In this document: positions 10,201-19,809 of the stretch, piece after piece
Numbering within the stretch: position 1 is the stretch's first letter
Layout of the letters: the number at the start of each line of letters is the position of its first letter
DNA from: a virus
Taxonomy: Duplodnaviria > Caudoviricetes
Direction: 5' to 3' (one strand)
IMG/VR virus record: IMGVR_UViG_651703002_000001
Span: 32,001 to 96,000 of that record
Length of the DNA stretch: 64,000 nt
Notes under the pieces: generated by a model
Databases searched by the model: none
What the model saw: the letters and a program-made list of their open reading frames with translations, nothing else
Told to the model about the DNA's origin: nothing
Translations under genes and position numbers: made by a program

Positions 10201-10982
10201 GGATGAACTGATATTGTTGTTTTCGTTACAGGGTTCATACCATCGAGATCGTAAGTTGTTACGGTATCTCCATGATTTGCATATTTGGGCAAACCTATCT
10301 TTATTCCTCCGGAATATTGGGTTTCCCGCATTAGTTGATCCCCGACCATAGCCTTGTAGTAAGAACCTGCCAGATATGAACTATTGCTTATAATTTTCTT
10401 GTTTGTGTCGCCTCGGTACTCTACTTGTGCGATCCACTCACTACCACTCAAAATAAAATATACCGCAGAATATGGAGCGGTGATTTTGAATACCGCAACG
10501 CCAGAAATGGTTCTTCCATTTCCATCAACATCAACGGTAAAATCGTGTAGGTTTGTTCCATTATCACGGATAACTACCATATCACCATTAAGAGCTTGAG
10601 CCGGTAGCGTAAATCTTATGTCTTGTACTGTAGATTGAACTATGATATGCTCGCCCGATTGAATCGTTGTAAGAGCTGGTGCGTTAGTTGTTACAAGTCT
10701 CCAAGATGGATCGGTACGAACCGGACGCCATCTAATAGGGTTAAAATCTTCTGGGGTTGTAATATTTACCAAACTAACATAAACTCGGTTGTTATAAATA
10801 ACCGCAAAGTCCTTCTTATACGTGCGGGCTTTGTCATATTGTTGAATTGTATTTTCATCAATAAAAAACTTTACGTTAACTCCATCTAAAGGAGCTGTTA
10901 TATCTGGGTAACCAACGTTTATGATAGACTTACCAGCGGCATCTAAGCCATCCGTAACTCTAAAAGCAATGTTTGCTGCCAT
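7287..10982 (-). CDS. gp34: long tail fiber proximal subunit gp34
   Basis: N-terminus FRVTDGLDAAGKSIINVG...DGVNV.FFI.ENTIQQYD; many ATETRxG / VTP repeats; divergent from rnh as in T4. Confidence 0.95.
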   Translation of the reverse strand: MAANIAFRVTDGLDAAGKSIINVGYPDITAPLDGVNVKFFIDENTIQQYDKARTYKKDFAVIYNNRVYVSLVNITTPEDFNPIRWRPVRTDPSWRLVTTNAPALTTIQSGEHIIVQSTVQDIRFTLPAQALNGDMVVIRDNGTNLHDFTVDVDGNGRTISGVAVFKITAPYSAVYFILSGSEWIAQVEYRGDTNKKIISNSSYLAGSYYKAMVGDQLMRETQYSGGIKIGLPKYANHGDTVTTYDLDGMNPVTKTTISVHPDSTHNIIVIAGQPSVKTAQFDSTDWGILVFDRNANAWRVFDSDSMSRWKSVKTATYSSSPNDQLVVYTQTSTEVKITFPKDAANGDSLFVDTRYMVNGSSLTLSIDAGSTNDYFLPDGNTLTNPRISAYRDLLTDLPSHITKTQTFAINNRGEQMEFVYFKNALGSGNDVWALVTMTTIPYRVDRTVPDFYGMASIASQASVNKNKEDIPLVKTQIVRISLLQKPLANKTATGTRRGIIRLSTNLESKATTGNLNDEAWSGVAITPFLLNDRLGTTSMRGVFKVATQAQANAQSGSGENWGQVAITPQTLAGRISTETMPGLIGLVNFGGTKQPTRTTKGTGVHDFTDHSNAVTPKTLFEKVATEFSQGMVFVGNQNEVNTGAADNANGPLVVTATTLNGRQATSAMTGLTRAATAAEVISMAPPADDNVHVTPKGLVSRTATETRTGLGETSTQAEVDAGTLHDRFFVSPKTFGNWLVRERLTVVADDGLTSTGNIWQGQQFGVVVPTEIQRGTARIATQAESNDMSVGSRDDVILTPRKLSARMASTSQTGILYLATQGDVDTGTNNTKAVTPLTNLNSVRSGTSYRMTDARYGVGMTAVLTNNNVANSVFEGNDIAGSTRTLSSYAHGDIVVSPRGLNTALMNFLPKRAVAVSADAMDEGGVRVPSSDWVRRTIAQTITGVMTFSANPLISGNGAALTLVDERGTSQITMLTYKGGVTSQQLDIGVNAVDGPLVVNAKDAGGSYYRVWTLNRNGNAVFTNNVSNGGFDPTHNDHLTRYGYTEIRYVKAAGGVNETITGQKTFNADTYFKKNGVHNIWMGNTSKSGISIGLDESISFGSLNGLSIRPNGLASPANVSRFEPNGDLRVSGQVKIMTTTPVEPEDAIRKDYLDSVIDDVNNTSGTRVFKGGDTMTGELIINSIKALTANGDVAVSGTTTLNKLRIAVGNGEFLEIRANPVTKSVDFVWIS

Positions 10983-11019
10983 TGTGTAAATCCTCGTATT
11001 AAAAATATATCCACTTATG

Positions 11020-11027
11020 TATTTAGG
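11020..11027 (-). promoter_or_regulatory. late promoter (CCTAAATA) for gp34
   Basis: TATTTAGG on plus strand, overlapping the rnh Shine-Dalgarno. Confidence 0.7.
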
Positions 11028-11037
11028 AGAAAGATAA

Positions 11038-11958
11038 ATGTCGTTGTTTGACGCATTTCCAGACTCGATGAATGATGGAGTTCAAAATCTCCAATTAATC
11101 GATTATAGTCAAATTGTTATTTCAAATTTAATGTATTATTTCAGTCCGGGTGATATTATAGAACCCATTAACGCCAGAAAGATAATTATTGATGCTTTAC
11201 GTTCTCATGTCCTTAAGCATAAAAATGAGTATCCGAATATCGTCATTGCGGTGGATTCCGTTGATGGATATTGGCGAAGGGATCGTGTTGCACCGTATTA
11301 CAAAAAACACCGAGAGAAGATTAAAGACGATTCCGGTTGGGATTGGAATGCTATTTACTCTGCTATGAATCTGGTTCGACAAGAGTTGATCAACCATCTT
11401 CCATACAAAACCCTGTATATTCCGGGGGCAGAGGCAGATGATATCTTTGGTGTTCTGGTAAAACACTTGAAATCGGTAGATCCTTCTGTTAAGATACATA
11501 TCACATCAGCAGATGGAGATTTTACCCAACTACAAAAATATGATGGTGTCCGTCAATGGAACCCAATGCATAAAAAGTGGGTGAAACCTGAGTATGGTTC
11601 CCCTGAACGGGATCTTTTGGTTAAAATTATCAAGGGCGATAGAAAAGATACTATTTCTAATATCTTCTCTGTATCCGATCATATTATTTCATCTGATAAG
11701 AATCAAAAACAGGTTAGAAAACAGTTACTTTCTTCTGTATTTGAATCTAAAGACCCGAGAAGTTTGTTCACAGGTGACGAACTTAAGAGATATAATGAAA
11801 ATGAGATTCTGGTTGATTTAGATAAAATCCCAGACGATATATCCAAAAAGATTATCGAAGCATATAATACATATAAACCAGCTCCCCGTGGTCGATTGAC
11901 TAACTATTTCATTACCCATGGAATGGCTGATTTGATTGGTAAAGAATCTGAATTTTAA
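11038..11958 (+). CDS. rnh: RNase H / 5'-3' exonuclease
   Basis: LIDYSQI, YWRRD..YYKK.R, EADD, SADGDFTQL, KGDRKD motifs of T4 RNase H. Confidence 0.95.
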   Translation: MSLFDAFPDSMNDGVQNLQLIDYSQIVISNLMYYFSPGDIIEPINARKIIIDALRSHVLKHKNEYPNIVIAVDSVDGYWRRDRVAPYYKKHREKIKDDSGWDWNAIYSAMNLVRQELINHLPYKTLYIPGAEADDIFGVLVKHLKSVDPSVKIHITSADGDFTQLQKYDGVRQWNPMHKKWVKPEYGSPERDLLVKIIKGDRKDTISNIFSVSDHIISSDKNQKQVRKQLLSSVFESKDPRSLFTGDELKRYNENEILVDLDKIPDDISKKIIEAYNTYKPAPRGRLTNYFITHGMADLIGKESEF

Positions 11959-11976
11959 CAATAGGAATTAATTAAA

Positions 11977-12288
11977 ATGGCTAAAGAAAAGAAAGAAAAA
12001 CCCGTATTTAATATCAATTCATCCAAACAAAATCTACTGGAACTGGTTCGTGAATGTTCTGAGCGGATGATGAAAATTGAAATCGAACGAGAAGCAATTA
12101 AAGCGGCTAAAGATGCAGCTAAAGAACTTGGTGTGGAGATTAAAGATTTTAATGTAACTGTATCCATGTATCATAAAAAGAACCGTGATGAAGTAGAAGA
12201 GAATAATAATCGGGCTGTAGAGCTGTTTGATAAACTGTTCTCCGATGGGTTTAAAGAAGTTCATGATGATGGTGAGGATGATGTATAA
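11977..12288 (+). CDS. dsbA: double-stranded DNA binding protein
   Basis: AKELGV..K.FN....YHK..R.E.E motif; position rnh-dsbA-33-59-32 as in T4. Confidence 0.85.
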   Translation: MAKEKKEKPVFNINSSKQNLLELVRECSERMMKIEIEREAIKAAKDAAKELGVEIKDFNVTVSMYHKKNRDEVEENNNRAVELFDKLFSDGFKEVHDDGEDDV

Positions 12289-12528
12289 TGGCTACAGATA
12301 TCGATAAAGTTGAATTCTCAAAGAGAGTTGAAGAAATCGCTATAGAAACTGGGGCATCCCTTGTCGAATCTTGTTTTGTAGTTGCTGACGAAATGCAAGT
12401 AGACGAGGAACATATTCCCGCACATATTCATACTGTTCTTAAGGAGAAGATCCGAATCGAAGCTGTATTCTAATCGTACATTACGAGTAGAACAAGATAA
12501 CAATTTGGATTTCTTGTTTACCCAATGA
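12288..12528 (+). CDS. gp33: late transcription co-activator gp33 (frameshift near 12468)
   Basis: VEEIA...SLVE...KEKIRIEA; the C-terminus (NRTLRVEQDNNLDFLFTQ*) continues in another frame to TGA 12528. Confidence 0.8.
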
Positions 12529-13191
12529 TAAAACTAATTCTTCCGCCCAAACCGAAAATTACGATTGATGGGAGAAGCTGTTACAGACTCTACCGTTCCT
12601 TAAAAACTCAATTTTCTAACCCTAAATATAGGGTAGTCAAAGGCGGGGAATGGAAACTCTTATTAACCACCTGAAGCCGCATATAATAAAATGGCGAGAC
12701 GATTCATTTATGAGCGTTTAGCAAAAAAGTATTCACTTGGCGTTTTATGCGGTATAATGATTACTAACTTTAGCTCAAATCCCGATATGTGGGGCGGTGA
12801 TATAGCAAATGAAGATGCTCACGATCACTACCTAAAAACTATAGGTAAATATGAGCGTATGAAGTCGGTTTTTAAATCCGAAGTAGAAGGATTATTGAGA
12901 AAATCAAAATCAAAAGGTATTACCTTTCGACAATTGCTTTCTCCCAATGATGGTCAACCATGGATATTTAAATATGTTCAGCAGGATGTTATTAGTTATG
13001 AAACTATGCTTCTGTTAGATTCTATATTCAACTTTATAGATTCTTATGATGATTTAAATGACCATGTGTGGATGAACGGTTATTCTAGCCGTATCAAAGC
13101 TTATAGAAGCTTAGTTAAAATAGATAAAGAAAAAGTAATGCAAAACTTTAAAAAAATAATCGAAGATTATAAAGAACTAAACAATATCTAA
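12525..13191 (+). CDS. gp59: helicase loader gp59 (frameshifted near 12640-12700)
   Basis: MIKLILPP...IDGRSCYRLY from 12525 plus ORF 12691-13191 (YERLAKKY, ISYETMLLLDS, RIKAYR). Confidence 0.85.
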
Positions 13192-13212
13192 AACATACTC
13201 AAGGAAATTAAA

Positions 13213-14159
13213 ATGTCTCAATTTATTCGTCGTAAAGCTGATCCGTCCAAACTGCAAGCTCAACTGGAAGCCGTTTCCGGTAATGGTGGTTTCAAACAAG
13301 ACCTGACAGAATGGAAACTTACCGTTGACCAGAAGACCAAAGAAGGCACCGCAGTTATTCGTTTCCTGCAACCTTCAGATCTGGAAGGGATGGAAGAGTG
13401 GCCCACCTTTGTGACTATCTCTAACCACTTCATTAAGCGTGATGGTAAGTTCTACGTAGAAAACTGTACCGGTGGTACACACAAAAATTACGATGGTTGC
13501 CCTGTGTGTCAATGGCGTAATGCTCAAGGTTGGGATTGGTCTAACGAGGCTGACAAAAAAGCCGCTCGCGAAACCGGAACCGGTATCAATACCAGCTACT
13601 GGGCGAACATCATGGTTATCAAGGATCCAGCGAACCCAGATAACGATGGTAAAGTGTTTAAGTACAAGTTCACCAATACTGTTCTTAAAATGATTATCAG
13701 TGCTCAAAAGGGTGATGAAGAAGTGGGTGAAGCACCTATTGTAATCACTGACTTTGATAATGGCGCAAACTTCCTTGTACGTAGTACCAAAAAGGATAAG
13801 TTCGGTACTCTGGAAACTTCCAAGTTCCAAGCACCTAGCCAACTGCCGGGTATTGATACCCCAGAAGTACAAAAAGTGATTCTGGAAGGTATGCAAGATC
13901 TCCGTACTATTGTAGCACCGACCCAGTTTAAGCCATATGATGAGCTGAAAAAGAAATTTGACAAAATCATGGGTATCCGTGGTGGTGATGAAAAGGTTGC
14001 TCGTAAGGCTGAAGAAGAACTCGATTCCTTCGCGGCTGATATGGCAGATTTCAATGAAAAAGAATCAGCCCCGAGTAAAGAGTAGATGAACCTTTGGTAA
14101 AATCAGATAGCGATAATAGCGAAACTGATGACCTAGATGACCTGCTTGCCGGTCTGTAA
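13213..14159 (+). CDS. gp32: single-stranded DNA binding protein gp32 (frameshift near 14082)
   Basis: EWKL, GTAVIRFL, Zn ligands H..ENC..CPVC, YWANI.VIKDP; the acidic tail DDLDDLLAGL* follows in a shifted frame ending 14159. Confidence 0.95.
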
Positions 14160-14168
14160 TTAAAATAT

Positions 14169-14196
14169 GAAGGAGTCCAATTTGGACTCCTTTTTT
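14169..14196 (+). terminator. intrinsic terminator after gene 32
   Basis: AAGGAGTCCAA-T-TTGGACTCCTTTTTT. Confidence 0.85.
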
Positions 14197-14200
14197 GTTG

Positions 14201-14229
14201 TATACATTGTCTAAAAACCGTAGTATACT
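14201..14229 (+). promoter_or_regulatory. putative early promoter
   Basis: TATACA-17 nt-TATACT upstream of ORF 14257. Confidence 0.45.
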
Positions 14230-14256
14230 CTATGAAACTAATATGAAAGGTGAAAA

Positions 14257-14871
14257 ATGAAAAATAAACCGGTATTTACAACCGATATAGATGGTGTTGT
14301 TGTTCAATGGCAATCGAATCTACCATTCTTTGCAGCAGAGCATAACCTACCAACTGAAGTCATTATTGAGATGATGCAGGATGAGAAGTTCAGACCCATG
14401 CATGAAATTTTTAATTGTTCCCCTGCATTTGGTGAACAGTTACTTTTGAAATATAATGAGAGTAAATGGATCCGTGGCCTTAAACCTTACAATGATGCAT
14501 TACGTTTTATTAACGATAATAAGCACAAATACGACTTTGTAGGCATTACTGCTCTAGGAACTAAATTTGACGTTGCCGCGAACCGTATGTCAAATTTGAA
14601 TGTGTTGTTTCCCAATGCATTCAGAGAAGTTCTAATTTGCAATCATAACGAAAGCAAACGTGAATTATTTGAACAGGCATATTCACATTATGGAGATCGG
14701 ATTGTTACTTACGTAGACGACCTATCTCATCACTGTGTAGTTGCTGATGAAGTATTCAATAAACAGTGCAACTTGAATATTCCTATTTTTCAAATAAACC
14801 GTAGAGGTGATGAAAAGTCTGATTTTTTAATCAGTAGCTTTAGCGAACTACAAGGTAAATTGTATGAGTGA
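14257..14871 (+). CDS. 30.2: gp30.2-like HAD superfamily phosphatase
   Basis: TDIDGVVVQWQS.LPFFA and YVDDL motifs; near DNA ligase. Confidence 0.8.
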   Translation: MKNKPVFTTDIDGVVVQWQSNLPFFAAEHNLPTEVIIEMMQDEKFRPMHEIFNCSPAFGEQLLLKYNESKWIRGLKPYNDALRFINDNKHKYDFVGITALGTKFDVAANRMSNLNVLFPNAFREVLICNHNESKRELFEQAYSHYGDRIVTYVDDLSHHCVVADEVFNKQCNLNIPIFQINRRGDEKSDFLISSFSELQGKLYE

Positions 14872-15448
14872 ATATTTTGATATAGAATATAAAACTAGAA
14901 GTAAAGTAGAAAACGGAATTCTTTTTGTAAAAGATGAAAGTGATAATTGGGTAAAACCGGATCTTTATAATTACAATAGTGATTGTGAAGTATTACAGTT
15001 TGTAAAAGATATGGTATATGAAGGAAAATGGAAAGATATGACTACAGTAATTAAAGATATCCCACTTAAAGGATATGTGTTTGTACATCGTGGATTGTCC
15101 GGTATGTACGCCGGTATTCAGGCGGCTCATGCAATGATCCGACTGGTTCATAATCAATATGCCAATCCGGATATGATTGATTGGGTGACTGTTCATGAAA
15201 CGTTGGTTATTCTTGATGGTGGTAATTCCCAGAATATGGATCAAATTTCTGGTATTTTGAGTGGTGCAGATAATTCTATGGAGTATTTCAGAGAGCCGGA
15301 TATGGATAATATGATGACTGCCATCGCATATGTTCCTTCCGCAGATGAAGCCTCTGAGATTGAGTTTTTCAAAACCAACGATGGTATTGGTGATAGTGAC
15401 AATCCGGTGGTTAATCTTCTTCTAAAATCCCGTACACATAAAGGGTGA
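14864..15448 (+). CDS. peptidyl-tRNA hydrolase type 2-like protein
   Basis: YVFVHRGLS..YAGIQAAHA, W....TLVIL, FREPDMDNMMTAIA pattern typical of phage PTH2-like proteins. Confidence 0.6.
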   Translation: MSEYFDIEYKTRSKVENGILFVKDESDNWVKPDLYNYNSDCEVLQFVKDMVYEGKWKDMTTVIKDIPLKGYVFVHRGLSGMYAGIQAAHAMIRLVHNQYANPDMIDWVTVHETLVILDGGNSQNMDQISGILSGADNSMEYFREPDMDNMMTAIAYVPSADEASEIEFFKTNDGIGDSDNPVVNLLLKSRTHKG

Positions 15449-15451
15449 TAT

Positions 15452-17008
15452 ATGATTCTTGATATTCTTAATCAAATTAATTCTGCGCGTGGTAGTGCAA
15501 AACTACAAGTTCTGAAATCTCAAGAGAATAATGAACTTCTTAAAAAAGTTTGTTACATGACATATAGCAAACAGATCACTTTTGGAATCAGTAAAAAGAC
15601 TTTTCCAGAAAGATTGTTGGGGGAAAAAGAAACCATAACTCTAGAAGATGCTCTTTTGAATCTCAATATGTTGTATGCAACTCGCAAACTAACTGGTAAT
15701 AATGCTATTATTGCGCTGAAATGTATGATTTCTAGTTTGTCTATTGATGATGCTGAAGTGGTCAAACGTATACTTTTTGGGGATCTCGATGTTGGAATCA
15801 ACGTATCCACAATTAACAAGGTGTGGAAAGGGTTGGTTAAAGAACAGCCCCAGATGTTGAGTAGTCCAGAGGACCCCAAGCTAATCGATAAGATTTTAAA
15901 GCTTGGTAATGCATATGCCGAACTTAAAGCTGATGGTGCCCGTGGTTTTGGTGATATTTCCGGACACTCTAGTGTAGGTGGCATAAACTTTTACACCCGT
16001 AGCTCTAACGAGTATACCGGTCTAGAACGCATTATGAGAGCCATTGATAAAATGGAAGCCCATGGTTGGGTATTTGATGGGGAATTCGTTGTACGTGAAT
16101 CTAGCGCGGTAGAAATTGATGTTATGGCTTCACTGATGGGTGACGTTGAAGAAGTTGAACTATCTAAGAGTGATAAATACAAAACTGTTTTCGACCGTGA
16201 ATCCGGTAATGGAATTATGAACAAATCACTCAAGGCTAGTATCTCGCCGGAAGATGCGGATCGGGTTGTGTATCAGGTATGGGATATTGTTCCTCGAAAT
16301 GTGTATTATGGTGAGGTTCCTTGTCCTCCTGATCTGACTCAACAAAAACGCAGAAAAATCCTTATTGACTTCTTGAGTAAAATCGATGATGATTGTATTC
16401 AGATCATTGAATCAACCCCAGTTAAAACGATTGAAGATGTTCGCCGGGTTTATCAGGCATATGTTCAAGATGGATATGAAGGTATCATTCTGAAACATGG
16501 GGATTCTTTGTGGGAAGACAAACGAAGTAAACTATTTGTTAAATTTAAGGAAAAATATCCTTTCGACCTTGGTATTGTTGAAGTATACGAACACGATAAG
16601 GATCCTAACAAAGTCGGTGGTTTCGTTATGGTTTCCGATTGTGGTACAATCAAGACTCGGGGCGGTAGCGGTCTTACCGATACTACCCACAAGAAATCTT
16701 ATAGTGCGATTGATATGTTTAATCACCCCGAACTAGAAAGGTTTGAGGACAAAGGCGGTCAGTTTATCGAGATCTATATCCCGTTAGAAGAACGTGACGA
16801 ATTGGATCGAGAAAAGCTAATGCAGATGTATCGAAATGGTGAACTTGATGATATGATTGTAGAATGTGAGGTTAACGCCCCAACTACATCGAAGACCCGC
16901 AAAGCTGGGGATCCCGAGTTTAGTTTCTTCTTGCCAATCATTAAAAAGTTGCGTTGGGACAAAAACAAAGCAAATCGTTATGAAGATGTTTTTGTGATAA
17001 ACAGTTGA
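15452..17008 (+). CDS. gp30: ATP-dependent DNA ligase gp30
   Basis: ELKADGAR (motif I), DGEF, YQVWD, GYEGIILK, KFKE, FLPI..LR.DK. Confidence 0.97.
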   Translation: MILDILNQINSARGSAKLQVLKSQENNELLKKVCYMTYSKQITFGISKKTFPERLLGEKETITLEDALLNLNMLYATRKLTGNNAIIALKCMISSLSIDDAEVVKRILFGDLDVGINVSTINKVWKGLVKEQPQMLSSPEDPKLIDKILKLGNAYAELKADGARGFGDISGHSSVGGINFYTRSSNEYTGLERIMRAIDKMEAHGWVFDGEFVVRESSAVEIDVMASLMGDVEEVELSKSDKYKTVFDRESGNGIMNKSLKASISPEDADRVVYQVWDIVPRNVYYGEVPCPPDLTQQKRRKILIDFLSKIDDDCIQIIESTPVKTIEDVRRVYQAYVQDGYEGIILKHGDSLWEDKRSKLFVKFKEKYPFDLGIVEVYEHDKDPNKVGGFVMVSDCGTIKTRGGSGLTDTTHKKSYSAIDMFNHPELERFEDKGGQFIEIYIPLEERDELDREKLMQMYRNGELDDMIVECEVNAPTTSKTRKAGDPEFSFFLPIIKKLRWDKNKANRYEDVFVINS

Positions 17009-17033
17009 CATTCAATATACGGGGGAGTAAAAT
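17005..17033 (+). promoter_or_regulatory. sigma70-type early promoter
   Basis: TTGACA-17 nt-TAAAAT, SD AGAGGA, ATG 17062. Confidence 0.75.
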
Positions 17034-17061
17034 CCCCCATACATTCAAAGAGGAATATATT

Positions 17062-17238
17062 ATGAAAGGTTATATCTCATACATGGGTAAAGTTGTTGAT
17101 GTTGAACTGGATTCTGATGGAAACATCGATTTTGAATCTCTGGGGATCCCAGTTGTTGGAATTGTTCCTACCAAATTCAACCAAAATACGTTTGTAGACA
17201 CATACGGAAATGTTATCCACTTCAACGTATATCGTTAA
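17062..17238 (+). CDS. hypothetical protein
   Basis: ORF with promoter and SD; start moved from the track TTG (17005) to ATG 17062. Confidence 0.7.
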   Translation: MKGYISYMGKVVDVELDSDGNIDFESLGIPVVGIVPTKFNQNTFVDTYGNVIHFNVYR

Positions 17239-17248
17239 GGATATAAAT

Positions 17249-17851
17249 ATGAGTATTCGTAAATTCAAATTCAAGAACGTAGAATTTTTCAAGTCTTTCA
17301 TTAGTAAACATGATGAACTTCGTGGGGTTTTGTATTGGCATCATCCATTTGAAGTGGAATATGACGAAGATTTTGGTTCTATTCATAATATTAAAGATCT
17401 TATGGACCAATGGCACACAACCGAGTTTGGAACTCCTTTCTTCGGACATAACGAGATCAAAGAAAATCTTATTGAGATTTACGACTGCGAATATATGAAT
17501 AATATAGGTATGTCTCGGGATGATTATTGGAAAGAGGTAATGAATCGCCGTCAGCCCGAATGGTGTGAACTCGACAGATTGAATATGATAGCTTCTCACT
17601 TCTTCCATGAAGATGAATCAAAAGATTTTTATTATGGTGGGAAATTGTCTACATTTCTTCGGGAAGCAAAGCGCCCATATGGTAATAAAGATAAACCGCA
17701 ATCAATTGCATACACCCTTGGTTGGGATTGGGCTCGAAATTTGTGTCATGATATGAAAGGGCTTCCTGATGATGTTAAAGAAGCCGCAGAAAACCTACAT
17801 AAAAAACTTATAGAACAAGTAGAAGAGAAGGAAAAGGATGAGCGAGAGTGA
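17249..17851 (+). CDS. hypothetical protein (N-terminal domain like T4 frd.2-type accessory proteins)
   Basis: ORF with SD AAGGA; FKFKN...F..FEV..G.I..I...PFF...E..E pattern shared with 61516 ORF. Confidence 0.65.
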   Translation: MSIRKFKFKNVEFFKSFISKHDELRGVLYWHHPFEVEYDEDFGSIHNIKDLMDQWHTTEFGTPFFGHNEIKENLIEIYDCEYMNNIGMSRDDYWKEVMNRRQPEWCELDRLNMIASHFFHEDESKDFYYGGKLSTFLREAKRPYGNKDKPQSIAYTLGWDWARNLCHDMKGLPDDVKEAAENLHKKLIEQVEEKEKDERE

Positions 17852-19142
17852 AATCACACTAACCCCAAGTCAGAATATGGCAGTAAATGAAGTAAAGAAC
17901 GGGACCGGACATATCACTATTTCCGGTCCTCCCGGTAGTGGGAAAACTTTTTTGGTAAAATATTTGATAAAGATGTTGGGTGATGAATTGGGGACGGTTC
18001 TTGCCGCACCAACACACCAAGCCAAAATTGTATTAACCGAAATGTCTGGGATTGAAGCATGTACGATCCATAGTTTGATGAAAATCCATCCAGAAACTCT
18101 GGAAGATATTCAAATATTCGACCAAAGCAAATTACCCGATTTGAGTAATATTCGTTATTTGATCGTTGAAGAAGCTTCGATGCATTCAAAAACCTTATTC
18201 AAAATCACTATGAAATCTATCCCTCCTACTTGTCGTATAATCGCAATTGGAGATAAGGACCAGATTCAGCCGGAAGAACACGCTCAAGGTGAACTTAGTC
18301 CATATTTTACAGATCCTAGATTCTCGCAGATTCGTCTTACTGATATTATGAGGCAATCACTGGATAATCCTATTATTCAGGTTGCAACTAAGATCCGTGA
18401 AGGTGGGTGGATTGAACCTAATTGGAATAGAGATACCAAAACTGGGGTTTATAAAGTCTCCGGTATCACGGATCTCGTTAATTCATATCTTCGTGCAGTG
18501 AAGACACCCGAGGATTTAACCAAGTATCGGTTTTTGGCATACACTAATAAAGTTGTAAACAAGGTTAATTCTATTGTTCGGGAACATGTATATAAAACCA
18601 AGTTACCATTTATTGAAGGTGAAAAAATAGTTCTTCAAGAGCCGGTAATGGTTGAACATGAAGATGACACCATAGAAACCATTTTTACAAATGGTGAAGT
18701 GGTAACTATCAATGAAATTGAAGTATTTGATAGGACAATTCGAATTGACGGATCCCCAGAATTTAAAGTCAATGCTGCTAAATTATCAGTATCTTCTGAT
18801 TATTCTGGTATAGAACATGATTTTTGTGTATTATATGGGTCTGAATCCCGACTCGAATTTGAATATCAACTAAGTGAATCTGCCGGAAATATTAAACAAA
18901 TGGGTAAAGGTGGAAATCAACGTTCCGCTTGGAAGTCATTTTGGGCAGCTAAAAAGATGTTTATAGAGACTAAATCTCTTGGGGCATCAACCATTCATAA
19001 GAGCCAAGGTAGTACGGTTAAAGGTGTTTGGTTGGCATTACATGATATACATTATGCTGATGAAGAACTGAAACAACAGTTGGTTTATGTTGGTGTTACA
19101 CGCCCTACCGATTTTTGTTTGTACTTTGACGGCACTAAATAA
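17838..19142 (+). CDS. dda: DNA helicase Dda (SF1B)
   Basis: GPPGSGKT, APTHQAK, TIHS.MKI.P, EEASM, GDKDQI, LAYTNK, TIHKSQGST, YVGVTR. Confidence 0.95.
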   Translation: MSESEITLTPSQNMAVNEVKNGTGHITISGPPGSGKTFLVKYLIKMLGDELGTVLAAPTHQAKIVLTEMSGIEACTIHSLMKIHPETLEDIQIFDQSKLPDLSNIRYLIVEEASMHSKTLFKITMKSIPPTCRIIAIGDKDQIQPEEHAQGELSPYFTDPRFSQIRLTDIMRQSLDNPIIQVATKIREGGWIEPNWNRDTKTGVYKVSGITDLVNSYLRAVKTPEDLTKYRFLAYTNKVVNKVNSIVREHVYKTKLPFIEGEKIVLQEPVMVEHEDDTIETIFTNGEVVTINEIEVFDRTIRIDGSPEFKVNAAKLSVSSDYSGIEHDFCVLYGSESRLEFEYQLSESAGNIKQMGKGGNQRSAWKSFWAAKKMFIETKSLGASTIHKSQGSTVKGVWLALHDIHYADEELKQQLVYVGVTRPTDFCLYFDGTK

Positions 19143-19184
19143 TATAAAGGGGGAGATAATCCCCCAAAATAAAGAGGATCTATA

Positions 19185-19358
19185 ATGGATAAGTGTATTG
19201 TTTGTAAACAAGAAGTAAAAGCCCACGAAGTTGCTATGACTCCCCATGGAATTGTTCATGCTGGGGTATGTCTATCTTTCTATGATGAGAAGGCAAAGAC
19301 TCCCTTTCTGAGTGAATCTGATATCGGTAAAGAATTAGAACAGGTGCAAATTCTGTGA
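19185..19358 (+). CDS. uvsY.-2: UvsY.-2-like small Cys/His protein
   Basis: MDKCIVCKQ...TPHGIVHAGVC...LSES...QIL*, resembles T4 uvsY.-2; overlaps uvsY start. Confidence 0.75.
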   Translation: MDKCIVCKQEVKAHEVAMTPHGIVHAGVCLSFYDEKAKTPFLSESDIGKELEQVQIL

Positions 19359-19771
19359 GTCATTCATTGGAATCATTACAGGAAGAATTGGATAAAGACC
19401 TTATTATTGATAGGACTAATATCCAAAGTGCGGCTGTGAGTAATCCGGTAATCTATGGGAAGTGGATCAAGTATAAAGCGGATCTGTGTCGTCAACGAAT
19501 TGGGTTGGAAGCAGAACGACTAACCGTTACTCGGGATAGCCTAATGCATAATACCGGTCGTGGTGATGATGTGTGTATGTTTGAGTTTAGTTCTACAGAA
19601 TTAAAAGTAATCATACCCGCAGAAGACGAAGTTATGAAATGTAACAAGAAAGTAGATTATATTGATGTAATGATCAAATTTTGTGATGGTGCTATTGAAT
19701 CCGTTAGACAACGAGGGTTTAGTATCAGAGCAATTATCGATCATCAAGCTCTTATGGCTGGTATAAAATAA
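19355..19771 (+). CDS. uvsY: recombination mediator UvsY
   Basis: LQEELDKDL.ID, N...YGKW, TGRGD, ELKV.I.A, RGFSI. Confidence 0.9.
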   Translation: MSHSLESLQEELDKDLIIDRTNIQSAAVSNPVIYGKWIKYKADLCRQRIGLEAERLTVTRDSLMHNTGRGDDVCMFEFSSTELKVIIPAEDEVMKCNKKVDYIDVMIKFCDGAIESVRQRGFSIRAIIDHQALMAGIK

Positions 19772-19805
19772 AAAATCCCAAGAGATTCAATCTCTTGGGA
19801 TTTTT
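19771..19805. terminator. bidirectional terminator between uvsY and uvsW.1
   Basis: AAAAATCCCAAGAGATT-C-AATCTCTTGGGATTTTT. Confidence 0.85.
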
Positions 19806-19809
19806 GTTT

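Noticed and set aside
13375-14054. Minus-strand ORFs over gene 32, and similar short antisense ORFs across the window
   Set aside because: Antisense to well-supported genes; expected from codon bias
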